Assembly: GCA_013151955.1 (NCBI GenBank)
Contig: JAADHH010000095.1
Location: 3,195 to 67,194 of the forward strand
Length of the DNA: 64,000 bases
Direction of reading: 5' to 3'
Source: Chloroflexota bacterium
GTDB lineage: Bacteria; Chloroflexota; Anaerolineae; Ardenticatenales; JAADHH01
The position numbers were made by a program, and so were the translations under genes. Position 1 is the first letter of the stretch, and each line of letters begins with the position of its first letter. The notes beneath the pieces are model-generated. The model ran no database searches, was not told where the DNA came from, and saw only the letters and a program-made list of their open reading frames with translations. Of the stretch, positions 18,850-28,122 are shown one piece after another.

Positions 18850-19701
18850 TTGACGATACGCTTACGCAGCAATGTGCTGACTTTTTTGTCCCTTTCTGCG
18901 GTTGCGCTCATAGCCCTGGCCCTGCATCAAAACCAGAAGCTGCAACCCGTAGAAGGTCTTGTCTTGCGCGCTTTCGTACCTGCGCAAACCATGTTTAGCC
19001 ACCTTGGACAGAGCATTCAGGATACACTCGATACCGCACATGAACTTAGATCGCTGCAAGCCGAAAACCAACGACTACGCCAGCAAACGAACGACCTGTT
19101 GCTGAGCAAGGTACACCTGGCCGAAGTAGAACAACAAAACCTGCAACTACGGGAACTGTTAGACTTCAAGCAAAAAAACCCGGATTACACGGTGCAGTTA
19201 GCCGAAGTGATTGGCCGCTCGACGCCGGCCACCGTGATTGGCCGTGATCCAAGCAATCTGGTGCAATCCCTGCTCCTGAACCAGGGCACCGCCGATGGCG
19301 TACGCCAAGGCCAGGCCGTTGTTACTGCCCGCGGCCTGGTGGGACGAATCACAGAGGCCGATTTGAACTGGTCGAAAGTCCTGCTGCTGACCGACAGCAA
19401 TAGCCGGGTGAACGGGTTGTTACAAAGCAGCCGTGCCACCGGAATCGTCGCCGGTAGACAAGGGAAACTCTATCTCCGCTATGTTCCGCAGGGCGAGGAG
19501 ATCGTTCCAAACGACATTGTGGTTACTTCCGGCCTCGGCGGTTATCTCCCCAAAGGATTGGTCATTGGCCAGGTGCAAAACGTCCAACAGCGAGACGTAG
19601 ACATGTTCCAGGAAGCAGAAATTCGCTCCTTCGTCGATTTCTCCCGCCTGGAGTTGGTCATCGTCTTGCAAGATTTCACGCCGCTTCAGGTGCAGCCATG
19701 A
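18850..19701 (+). CDS. mreC: Rod-shape-determining protein MreC
   Basis: ORF 18697..19701. The first ~51 codons lie in repeat F1, so the start was moved to TTG 18850 (LTIRLRSNVLTFLSLSAVALIAL; start uncertain). Coiled-coil 'LRSLQAENQRLRQQ' and 'VVTSGLGGYLPKGLVIGQV'. Confidence 0.85.
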   Translation: MTIRLRSNVLTFLSLSAVALIALALHQNQKLQPVEGLVLRAFVPAQTMFSHLGQSIQDTLDTAHELRSLQAENQRLRQQTNDLLLSKVHLAEVEQQNLQLRELLDFKQKNPDYTVQLAEVIGRSTPATVIGRDPSNLVQSLLLNQGTADGVRQGQAVVTARGLVGRITEADLNWSKVLLLTDSNSRVNGLLQSSRATGIVAGRQGKLYLRYVPQGEEIVPNDIVVTSGLGGYLPKGLVIGQVQNVQQRDVDMFQEAEIRSFVDFSRLELVIVLQDFTPLQVQP

Positions 19702-20210
19702 CATCAGAAACCAATCTGTACCTGCCCCTTTTCGTATTGCCATTCGTTGCCTTTTTGCAATCTACAATTTTGCCACACCTGGAAGTGGTGGGGCTACGAC
19801 TCGATCTGGTTCTCCTGACCGTCATTTCCTGGAGTCTGATTCGGGGTATGCGAGAAGGAATGATTTGGGGTTTCATCGGCGGAGCGTTGATTGACTTGTT
19901 GTCTGCTGCCCCGTTCGGCATCCATACCTTCGCCATGCTCCTATGCGGCGTGATCAGTGGCGTGGGCGGCCGGAACGTCTTTCGACAGAACCTGCTCTTG
20001 TCTTTGGGGATTACTGCGGTGGCTTCTGTAGCATACTATGTTGTCTCGATGCTGTTACTTCAAATTTCAGGGTGGTCCGTATCTTGGCTGGCTACTTTTG
20101 GCTCGGTGGTCATTCCCATTGCGCTACTCAACACACTCAGCATACCGTTGATCCACCGCCTTGTCCAGAATCTACAGCGTTTTACCGGACAAAAAGAGCT
20201 AAGTTGGTGA
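19698..20210 (+). CDS. mreD: Rod-shape-determining protein MreD
   Basis: 170-aa multi-TM protein. 4-nt overlap with mreC; position in the mreBCD cluster. Confidence 0.85.
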   Translation: MTSETNLYLPLFVLPFVAFLQSTILPHLEVVGLRLDLVLLTVISWSLIRGMREGMIWGFIGGALIDLLSAAPFGIHTFAMLLCGVISGVGGRNVFRQNLLLSLGITAVASVAYYVVSMLLLQISGWSVSWLATFGSVVIPIALLNTLSIPLIHRLVQNLQRFTGQKELSW

Positions 20211-20226
20211 TTTCGGAGTATCGAAC

Positions 20227-22536
20227 GTGAATGCACAAAACAGAGGGCTGCGCTTTCTGCTGTTTCAAGTGGCAATCGTGGCCAGTTTCGTCATCTTGGC
20301 CATACCTCTGTGGCGACTTCAAATCGCCGAAGGGGGACACTACCGGCTACGGGCAGACGAAAACCGCTACTATGTAGTTTCGACCAACGCTCCTCGTGGC
20401 GTGATCTACGACCGGACCGGAAAGGTGTTGGCCCGCAACATGCCCAGGTTCAGCGTTCGCCTGTTGCCCAAAGCGATGGCCGATGATGCTGCCGAAGAAC
20501 AGGTATTGGAGCGCCTGATTTCAATGCTGAACGGGAAGATCGCCGGCGCTTCATTATCCAACCGTCCGTCAAATGGAGAGAATCTACACATCGAAGACAT
20601 CCGCAAACAACTTCAGGAAGGGCAATTCAATCCCTACCAACCCATTGTGATAGCAGACAACATCCCGCGGGACGTTGCCCTGGCCATCATGGAAGAACAT
20701 GAGAACCTTCCGGGGGTAGAAGTGACCGTGCGTGCACAGCGCCAATATGTGGAAGGCAAGTTGCTGTCCCACGTACTCGGTTTTGTCGGGAGCATCCCCG
20801 CAGAACAGGTGGATCGTTACGTGGGCCAACCCAACAGCGATTACACACCCCAAGATATCGTGGGCCTTTCCGGCGTGGAGTATGTTTTTGAGAATACACT
20901 CCGTGGGCACAAAGGCCAACGGCAAACCGAAGTAGACGTCGCCGGCCGTGAAGTGCGGATGATCAACGAAGTCCCAGCGGTCGCCGGCCACAACTTGATC
21001 ATCACGATAGATTTGGATTTGCAGCGCGTGGCTGCGGAAGCGCTGCGCAAACAGATGGCTATCATCCATTCCAAATCGGGCGTCGTAATTGCCATGAATC
21101 CCCAAAATGGGCAGATCCTGGCACTGGTTTCCCTGCCGAGCTATGACGACAACCTCTTCGTCGGCGGAATTTCTACGAACGATTACAACCGCCTGACCAA
21201 AGACGCTTTTCGCCCCCTCCTGAATCACGCCATCAGCGGAGTGTACCCCCCCGGTTCGACTTTCAAGATTGTCACAGCACTGGCCGCTCTGGAGGAAAAC
21301 GTCATTGATCGCAACACATACATCAATGATCCGGGCACCATCTGGCTGCCCAACAAATACTTCCCGGACGACCCAACCCTGGCCCAACCCTTCTACTGCT
21401 GGTACAAACCCGGCCATGGAGAACTGAATGTGGTGGGCGCGCTGGCACAATCGTGCGACGTGTTCTTCTACGAGGTGGGAGGCGGCTATCGTGAATTCCA
21501 AGGACTGGGGATAGAGAAACTCGCCGATTATTCACGACTCTTAGGCTTTGGGCGTGATACAGGAATTGACCTCCCCGGGGAATCGGCCGGTCTGGTGCCC
21601 AACAGGAAATGGAAGCGCTTGAACTATGGAGAAAGTTGGGTGACGGGCGACACATACAACATGGCCATCGGCCAAGGTGCCATCCTGGCCACCCCCCTGC
21701 AAGTTCTGAATGCCACGGCCGCAATCGCCAATGGGGGGACGCTCTACCAGCCCCAGTTGGTCTACCAGGTGCAAGACGCAGACGGCAATGTCCTGCGCGG
21801 ATTTCAACCGGATATCATCCGCCGGCTGCCCGTTTCCCAGGACAATCTCAACCTGGTGCGGGAGGGCCTGCGCCAGGCTGTACTCAATGGCACAGCACGG
21901 CATGTAAGCATCCCCGGTATATCCATCGCCGGCAAGACGGGCACCGCTGAATTCCCTGGCCGCCGGGACCGCGAGGGGAATTTGCCGACCCACGCCTGGT
22001 TTACGGCCTTCGCCCCTTTTCAAAACCCACAGATCGCCATAGTCGCTTTCGTCTACGGTGGAGGGGAAGGCTCGGCCGTATCGGTGCCCATTGCCCGGAA
22101 AATCTTGCAAGCCTATTTCCAGGCCCATCCCCTTTCCGGTTCGGAGGGGAGCGCGCCGGGAACGCCTCCTGCGAGTACAGGGGGCGCGCCGCCCCCTTCG
22201 GCCCCATCGCCGACACCCGCCGGACAGCCAGGTTCTTTCCAGGGACACATCGTCTCCGTTCAGCCACAAGAAAAGGAAATCTCTACCCTGTCCGGACAAG
22301 TTATCGACCGCTTCGGCAACGGGATACCGGGGACACAGGTAACACTCGATGGAGGCGGCCCGCCCGTGGCCCAGTTTGCAACCGGACCCAACGGCGAGTT
22401 CCAATACGATTATTTCAATCCGGCTTCCTCCCCCACGTGGAACATCCGCCTGACCGATTTACCGGGAGCACCGGTACTCACCGTGCAGGTGCAACCTTTC
22501 AAACATTACGTGGTAGAATTTCGCGAGGGCCGGTGA
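20227..22536 (+). CDS. mrdA: Penicillin-binding protein 2 (elongasome transpeptidase) with Pro-rich linker and C-terminal CarboxypepD_reg-like extension
   Basis: 769 aa. 'STFK' active site, 'SCD', and 'KTGTAE' (KTG box). C-terminus '...LSGQVIDRFGNGIPGTQVTLDGGG...GPNGEFQYD'. Confidence 0.93.
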   Translation: MNAQNRGLRFLLFQVAIVASFVILAIPLWRLQIAEGGHYRLRADENRYYVVSTNAPRGVIYDRTGKVLARNMPRFSVRLLPKAMADDAAEEQVLERLISMLNGKIAGASLSNRPSNGENLHIEDIRKQLQEGQFNPYQPIVIADNIPRDVALAIMEEHENLPGVEVTVRAQRQYVEGKLLSHVLGFVGSIPAEQVDRYVGQPNSDYTPQDIVGLSGVEYVFENTLRGHKGQRQTEVDVAGREVRMINEVPAVAGHNLIITIDLDLQRVAAEALRKQMAIIHSKSGVVIAMNPQNGQILALVSLPSYDDNLFVGGISTNDYNRLTKDAFRPLLNHAISGVYPPGSTFKIVTALAALEENVIDRNTYINDPGTIWLPNKYFPDDPTLAQPFYCWYKPGHGELNVVGALAQSCDVFFYEVGGGYREFQGLGIEKLADYSRLLGFGRDTGIDLPGESAGLVPNRKWKRLNYGESWVTGDTYNMAIGQGAILATPLQVLNATAAIANGGTLYQPQLVYQVQDADGNVLRGFQPDIIRRLPVSQDNLNLVREGLRQAVLNGTARHVSIPGISIAGKTGTAEFPGRRDREGNLPTHAWFTAFAPFQNPQIAIVAFVYGGGEGSAVSVPIARKILQAYFQAHPLSGSEGSAPGTPPASTGGAPPPSAPSPTPAGQPGSFQGHIVSVQPQEKEISTLSGQVIDRFGNGIPGTQVTLDGGGPPVAQFATGPNGEFQYDYFNPASSPTWNIRLTDLPGAPVLTVQVQPFKHYVVEFREGR

Positions 22537-22634
22537 GCGTGTCACCACTGGCGACAGAAGCTGCCCGCGGTGGAAACCGCGCCTATGGCTGCAAAGTTGG
22601 CGACAGGAGCGCCCTCCTTTTTTGAGAGAATATG

Positions 22635-22765
22635 GTATCTTCTCAATAATTCGGGGTAGGGGCACGGCCTTGCGCCTGCCCCGTAGGGCGACCGCTGCCC
22701 CGTAGGGTGACCGGCTGCCCCATAGGGCGACCGCAAGGGTACGCCCCTACTTTTTGAGAAGATAC
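22635..22765 (+). mobile_element. MITE, shared-TIR superfamily, core type B (copy B1)
   Basis: TIRs GTATCTTCTCAATAATTCGGGG / rc GTATCTTCTCAAAAAGTAGGGG. Flanking 8-mers AGAATATG (22627-34) and AGAATACG (22766-73) match at 7 of 8 positions, consistent with a TSD. Core holds 3 copies of a ~19-bp unit CTGCCCCGTAGGGCGACCG. Confidence 0.85.
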
Positions 22766-22777
22766 AGAATACGACCA

Positions 22778-23500
22778 ATGAAAGAAATGCGAACAGAACA
22801 CGAGAAAAAGAAAGCTCAACTGACCATCAAGGGCCTGCGCAATGGACTCTTGACCATCGTTCCCGAAGACGGCCCATGGACGGCATGGACATCTGAGTTG
22901 GAACGCAAGGTGAGCGTACAACCTGAATTCTTTCGGGGTGGGCGGATCATCCTGGAAGTGGGCTCTCGCCACCTTTCCGCCGATGAGCTGGGGAGCATGG
23001 AAGATTTGCTCGTGAAACATGGCCTTCGGCTGATCGGCGTGGTCGCCGACCTACCCGACACGCGACTCGCGGCATCAGAATTGGGCCTTCGCGTGATGCG
23101 TACGCGGCCGGGCAAAGAGCCCGTGCATGCGCCCGACACAGCCGGCCGTCACGCCGTTACCGGGGAGCCGGCTGTACTCGTCGAACGTACGCTGCGATCG
23201 GGACAATGGATCCAGTACGAGGGACACGTGATCGTATTGGGCGACGTGAATCCTGGCGCCAAAGTGGTTGCCGGAGGCAATATCATTGTATGGGGCAAAC
23301 TTCGCGGCGTTGTCCACGCCGGCGCAACCGGCAACGAAGAGTCCGTAGTTTGTGCTCTGGACTTGGCACCAACGCAATTGCGCATCGCCGGGTACTTCTC
23401 CCGGGCACCGGAAGCGCCATCCGCCGGCAAAGTGACCCCAGAGATCGCCCTGGTGCGTGACGATCAAATCATCGTACAGGCCTGGACCGATCATGGCTGA
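22778..23500 (+). CDS. minC: Septum site-determining protein MinC
   Basis: ORF 22754..23500 starts (TTG) inside MITE B1, so it was trimmed to ATG 22778. C-terminal beta-helix 'GDVNPGAKVVAGGNIIVWGKLRGVVHAG'. Confidence 0.9.
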   Translation: MKEMRTEHEKKKAQLTIKGLRNGLLTIVPEDGPWTAWTSELERKVSVQPEFFRGGRIILEVGSRHLSADELGSMEDLLVKHGLRLIGVVADLPDTRLAASELGLRVMRTRPGKEPVHAPDTAGRHAVTGEPAVLVERTLRSGQWIQYEGHVIVLGDVNPGAKVVAGGNIIVWGKLRGVVHAGATGNEESVVCALDLAPTQLRIAGYFSRAPEAPSAGKVTPEIALVRDDQIIVQAWTDHG

Positions 23501-23559
23501 CGGCGACCCAAAGCATGACCTGATTACCTATGAGCATTGGTTGAAGAGAGGGTGACAAT

Positions 23560-24351
23560 ATGGCAGGGTACGTGATTACCATTACATCGGGCAAAGGGGG
23601 GGTCGGCAAGACAACTACCACAGCCAACTTGGGCACAGCCTTAGCATTACAAGGCAAACGCGTGGTGTGCATAGACGCCGACATCGGGTTGCGCAACCTG
23701 GACGTAGTCATGGGACTTGAAAACCGGATTGTGTACGACTTGGTGGATGTCGTAGAGGGGCGATGCCGTCTGCGCCAGGCCCTCATTCGGGACAAACGTT
23801 TGCCGGAATTGCACCTTCTCCCGGCCGCGCAAACGCGGGACAAGACGGCCGTAAGCCCCGCCGAAATGGCCGAACTGTGCCATGTCTTGCGAAAGGACTT
23901 CGATTTTGTCCTGGTCGACTCCCCCGCCGGAATCGAACAAGGTTTTCGTAACGCGGTCGCCGGGGCAGATTATGTACTCGTCATCACCACCCCAGAGATC
24001 TCGGCGGTGCGCGATGCAGACCGCATCATCGGACTGGTGGAAGCAGCCGAAAAAGGGCCCGTACACTTGATCATCAATCGTGTGCGTACAAACATGGTGC
24101 AACGGGGCGACATGCTCGATACAAATGATGTAATCGAGATTCTTGCCGTTGACCTCATTGGTATCATCCCGGAAGACGAAGAGATCATCATCTCCACAAA
24201 TCGCGGCGTGCCGGTGGCGTTGGGAGAGCACTCTCGGGCAGGGCAAGCTTTTCGGAACGTGGCCGCGCGTATATTGGGTGAAGAAATATCTTTCATGCCC
24301 CTGCGTGATTCGCGCAGTTTTCTATCCCGGCTGCTCGACCGCGTCCGGTGA
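23560..24351 (+). CDS. minD: Septum site-determining ATPase MinD
   Basis: 263 aa. Deviant Walker A 'SGKGGVGKTT' and a C-terminal amphipathic tail. Confidence 0.97.
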   Translation: MAGYVITITSGKGGVGKTTTTANLGTALALQGKRVVCIDADIGLRNLDVVMGLENRIVYDLVDVVEGRCRLRQALIRDKRLPELHLLPAAQTRDKTAVSPAEMAELCHVLRKDFDFVLVDSPAGIEQGFRNAVAGADYVLVITTPEISAVRDADRIIGLVEAAEKGPVHLIINRVRTNMVQRGDMLDTNDVIEILAVDLIGIIPEDEEIIISTNRGVPVALGEHSRAGQAFRNVAARILGEEISFMPLRDSRSFLSRLLDRVR

Positions 24352-24373
24352 GCAACAGGAAGAGGGGAAGATT

Positions 24374-24655
24374 ATGGTAAACTGGAATCGCGTTTTTCGG
24401 CGACAACGACGCAGTGGCGATGTGGCAAGGGAACGACTGCAACTGGTCCTCGTGCATGACCGTGCCGGCGTTTCGCCCGAACTGATCCAGACACTACGGC
24501 ACGAGATCATCGATGTCATCTCCAAGTACCTGGATATAGACCAAGCCGGTATGGAGATCAATCTGACGCAAGGCCGTGACCGCAGCAAGCTGGTTGCCAA
24601 CATCCCCATCCGTAGTTCCCGAAGAGCGGGGCACACTCCAGAGGGCCGCGCTTGA
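24374..24655 (+). CDS. minE: Cell division topological specificity factor MinE
   Basis: ORF 24143..24655 trimmed to ATG 24374 (MVNWNRVFRRQRRSGDVARERLQLVLVHDR...). Position after minD. Confidence 0.9.
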   Translation: MVNWNRVFRRQRRSGDVARERLQLVLVHDRAGVSPELIQTLRHEIIDVISKYLDIDQAGMEINLTQGRDRSKLVANIPIRSSRRAGHTPEGRA

Positions 24656-24797
24656 CCAATCGCTCGGCAGCACGCCTCCCTTGCAGGCACGCAACGACGG
24701 AAAACATGCTTCTCGGGCGAGGAGGTTCGCCGCTTGATCTTTCTTCGTGTCCCGGCGACAAAAGACTCCAACACCAAAAGGTAACTGAGAACGACTT

Positions 24798-25901
24798 GTG
24801 ATCGACAATAGAACGCTGCGCCATTTTGATTACACACTCTTGCTCCTTACCCTGGCTTTGGTTGGCCTGGGGTTGGCCATGATCTATAGTGCCACCACTA
24901 CATTCTCTTCTGATCCTATCCCGCTATCCGAGAACTTTGTATTGCGTCAGGTGCTCTATCTGATCGCCGGGCTGGTGATCATGGTCCTATTGAGTATGGT
25001 TGACTACACCTTGTATGCCACATTCGTTCAGCCTCTCTATGTCTTTGTGCTGATCATGCTGGCACTGACCGCCCTGATCGGCCGCACGTACGGGGGCGCT
25101 CAACGATGGATTGATTTGCGCGTCTTCCCGGTCCAGCCATCCGAACTGAGCAAACTCCTGTTGATTCTGGTGCTGGCGCGATTCCTTGCCGACCGGGAAG
25201 GCAATTGGTGGAAACTGTGGGCCTCGTTTGTCGTCATTGCCCCTCCCATGATCCTGGTCTACCTCCAACCGAGCTTGAGCGCCACGATTGTGTTGGGCGT
25301 GATCTGGCTCGGAATGGTCGTCATGGCCGGGCTGCCACTGTGGCATTTGCTGCTCTTGGGTACCGGGGGAATTGCGTTGTTGCCCATGCTTTGGATGTCC
25401 ATGCACACTTACATGAAAGAACGCGTCCTGACCTTCCTGAATCCGGCCAGGGACCCTCTGGGGGCAGGCTACAACATTTTCCAGGCGCGCATTGCCCTGG
25501 GTTCGGGCGGTTTGTGGGGGCAAGGCTATCTCCGGGGTACACAGAGCCAATTGCGTTTCCTTCGCGTTCGGCACACGGACTTCATTTTCTCCGTACTCGG
25601 AGAGGAGCTCGGGTTCATCGGTGCCATGATTCTCTTCCTCTTGCTCGCCTTGCTGTTATTGCGATTGATCAGGAATGCCCGCCTGGCGCGGGACGGGTTT
25701 GGGCGATTGACGATTGTCGGGATCGCTTCCATGATTCTTTTTCAGAGCGTGGTCAATATCGGCGTGAACCTTGGTGTTTTGCCCGCCACAGGTATGCCGC
25801 TTCCGTTCGTCAGCTACGGTGGCAGCTCCTTGATTATGCTCCTCGCCGCAGAAGGGGTGGTACAAAGCATTGTCATCCATCGAAAAAAACTCGAATTCTG
25901 A
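24798..25901 (+). CDS. rodA: SEDS-family peptidoglycan polymerase RodA (FtsW/RodA/SpoVE)
   Basis: 367 aa, about 10 TM helices. 'QPSELSKL' and 'TDFIFSVLGEELGFIG' are SEDS motifs. Confidence 0.92.
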   Translation: MIDNRTLRHFDYTLLLLTLALVGLGLAMIYSATTTFSSDPIPLSENFVLRQVLYLIAGLVIMVLLSMVDYTLYATFVQPLYVFVLIMLALTALIGRTYGGAQRWIDLRVFPVQPSELSKLLLILVLARFLADREGNWWKLWASFVVIAPPMILVYLQPSLSATIVLGVIWLGMVVMAGLPLWHLLLLGTGGIALLPMLWMSMHTYMKERVLTFLNPARDPLGAGYNIFQARIALGSGGLWGQGYLRGTQSQLRFLRVRHTDFIFSVLGEELGFIGAMILFLLLALLLLRLIRNARLARDGFGRLTIVGIASMILFQSVVNIGVNLGVLPATGMPLPFVSYGGSSLIMLLAAEGVVQSIVIHRKKLEF

Positions 25902-26631
25902 CCGGAGAAGCCGGCCTTCCACCATTGCCATCGATGGCCCGGCGGCTTCTGGCAAGAGCACAATAGGACGTGCTTTGGCCAATCGCTTGCACTACCTGTT
26001 CCTCGATACCGGCGTAATGTATCGCGCGGTAACCTGGATAGCCCTGAAGAGACAAATCTCCCCCGCCAACGAAGCAGCCGTCTCTCGCCTGGCCCACGAG
26101 GTCTCGATTGAAATCGCCCCCCCTACGGTTCACGACGGCCGCCAGAACACGGTGACCGTAGATGGCGCGGATGTGACATGGAGCTTGCGCACGCCGGAGG
26201 TGGACAGCAACGTTTCGCAGGTTTCTGCCTACGCCGGCGTCAGAGAAGCGCTGACCGCACAACAAAAAAAAATCGGCGCGCGGGGCCACGTCGTCATGGT
26301 GGGTCGTGACATTGGCACCGTGGTACTGCCCCAGGCAGACCTGAAAATCTATCTCACGGCCACGCTGGAAGAACGCGCCCAACGTCGCCTGCGCGACTTG
26401 CGCGCGCGCGGACAGACGATGCCCTACGAGGCCGTGCTGAAAGATATGCGCCGCCGGGACAAAATCGACAGCGAGCGAGCACTGGCCCCCCTCCAGGCCG
26501 CAGACGATGCCGTGGTGCTGGATACAACCGATCGCACCATCAAGCAAGCTCTGGAGGAAATCCAACGTCTCGTGAATCGTGAGGAGACCAAGAAGTCGCC
26601 CGATTCGGCTCCAAAGAGCGTTTTTTCCTGA
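25870..26631 (+). CDS. cmk: Cytidylate kinase
   Basis: 253 aa. P-loop 'IAIDGPAASGKST'. The ATG 25870 start overlaps the rodA end by 32 nt; the start is uncertain. Confidence 0.9.
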   Translation: MSSIEKNSNSDRRSRPSTIAIDGPAASGKSTIGRALANRLHYLFLDTGVMYRAVTWIALKRQISPANEAAVSRLAHEVSIEIAPPTVHDGRQNTVTVDGADVTWSLRTPEVDSNVSQVSAYAGVREALTAQQKKIGARGHVVMVGRDIGTVVLPQADLKIYLTATLEERAQRRLRDLRARGQTMPYEAVLKDMRRRDKIDSERALAPLQAADDAVVLDTTDRTIKQALEEIQRLVNREETKKSPDSAPKSVFS

Positions 26632-26735
26632 ACACAAGCCCCATTTGGCAAATTCGTCACTCTTTGTTATAATCGGGCAATGAAACCTGTCCTGCCATTT
26701 ATTAGCAATGACAGAGAGGCCAGGAGGTGAAGCCA

Positions 26736-27965
26736 ATGTCGGCCACACGTCGCGTGCTGTTCTGTCTTTGGGGGATGTTCCTGATACTGGCTTTGTCTGC
26801 TTGCGCAGCAGCAGCCCCTGCGCAGCCTGTAGCGTTGGCTACTACATCGACGCCCCTGCCATCGCTGACCGCTACGCCCAAGCCTTCCCACACACCCGTT
26901 CCAACGACGACGTTTTCGCCTACGCCAATACCCAGCCCGACGGCAACAAACACGCCGGTCGCCTACGTGGTTCGCATTGGCGATTCGTTTTGGCGAATCT
27001 CCAGACGATTCGGCATTACCGTAGACGCCCTTCTCCAAGCCAATGGCCTGAACCGCAACGCTACGTTGCGTCCAGGCGAGACCTTGATGATTCCCAAGGA
27101 CACATCTGACCAAGTGGCGCTACAGACGGACACGACTTCGGCGGCCTCCACGTCGCCATCCGCACCTCCCGCAGCAGGTGCGGCACCCTCCGGCCCGGCA
27201 CCCGCCAAGCCCGCACAGGCCCGGACCCACGACAATCGCTATGCCCGGGCGGCGAAATCTACTCCCGCGCCACCCCACCAACCGGCCACCGGCCCAAGCG
27301 CGAAAACGGAACCTGCGCAGCAAAAACCGGCCGGCGTTACGCACATCGTACGGTCCGGCGACAGCCTGAGCAACATCGCCATCGAGAATGGCGCGAGCGT
27401 AGAGGTCATCATGGCCGCGAACGGCATCGAGGACCCCACACGACTCCGCGTGGGACAAGAATTGCTGATTCCGCTGGGAACAGCTACACCCGTGCCCGTC
27501 GCTACCCGGTCCCCTTCCCCATCACCGACGGCTTCCCTGCCCTACGCCGTTCCGGCACCGCTGTGGCCCATCAACGGTACGCGCCTTGCCGCAGACGAAT
27601 CACCAACATTGAGTTGGACCTCGGTGGGCATCCTCGATCCCGAAGAATACTATGTCGTCCGGTTGGAACGGCTGCGGGGCCCCGCTGCGACACAATCGTG
27701 GATGAAATGGCTCAAAACCACAAGCTGGCGAGTCTCCCCAGACCTCCGCGATCCTGAGCAGACCAAAGGACAACTATACCGGTGGAGCGTCGTGGTGATG
27801 CGCCACACAGGGACAGAGAAAGACAGTTCATGGACCGGCTTGCCCCTTAGCAACCCAAGCCCGACCCGCCGATTCCTGTGGCCTTTGCCGGTGAAAACAG
27901 CGCCCGCAAAACCGAACCAGAGTACACTGCCGATTCCTGTCGTACCCTCTGCGCACAGCGACTGA
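26736..27965 (+). CDS. Lipoprotein with two LysM peptidoglycan-binding domains and a Pro/Thr/Ala-rich linker
   Basis: ORF from GTG 26727; ATG 26736 has SD AGGAGG 8 nt upstream. Lipobox 'LALSAC'. LysM units 'YVVRIGDSFWRISRRFGITVDALLQANGL' and 'HIVRSGDSLSNIAIENGASVEVIMAANGI'. Confidence 0.85.
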   Translation: MSATRRVLFCLWGMFLILALSACAAAAPAQPVALATTSTPLPSLTATPKPSHTPVPTTTFSPTPIPSPTATNTPVAYVVRIGDSFWRISRRFGITVDALLQANGLNRNATLRPGETLMIPKDTSDQVALQTDTTSAASTSPSAPPAAGAAPSGPAPAKPAQARTHDNRYARAAKSTPAPPHQPATGPSAKTEPAQQKPAGVTHIVRSGDSLSNIAIENGASVEVIMAANGIEDPTRLRVGQELLIPLGTATPVPVATRSPSPSPTASLPYAVPAPLWPINGTRLAADESPTLSWTSVGILDPEEYYVVRLERLRGPAATQSWMKWLKTTSWRVSPDLRDPEQTKGQLYRWSVVVMRHTGTEKDSSWTGLPLSNPSPTRRFLWPLPVKTAPAKPNQSTLPIPVVPSAHSD

Positions 27966-28122
27966 GCGAATAAGCCTTGAGACCTGACAGGTTTTCCCCC
28001 GTTGCCTGGGCAGGCACGGAAGGCAACCTCACCGGCGGCGTACCGGCCCTGCGAAGCCGTCCGTGAAACCCGTCAGGTCTGGCGAAGCCCACGCTCGACG
28101 CTCCCCGATAGTGATAGCTTCC

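Noticed and set aside
17473-22404. Minus-strand ORFs across the mre/mrdA block (17473..18480, 20584..21501 and 21541..22404).
   Set aside because: They are antisense to mreB and mrdA, both of which are supported by strong motifs.
28060-28100. 'CCGTCAGGTCTGG' resembles the GUCAGGUCCGG segment of bacterial SRP (4.5S) RNA.
   Set aside because: The following GGAA tetraloop / AGCAGC motif and the matching 3' strand are absent on both strands. I kept it only as an unexplained hairpin.
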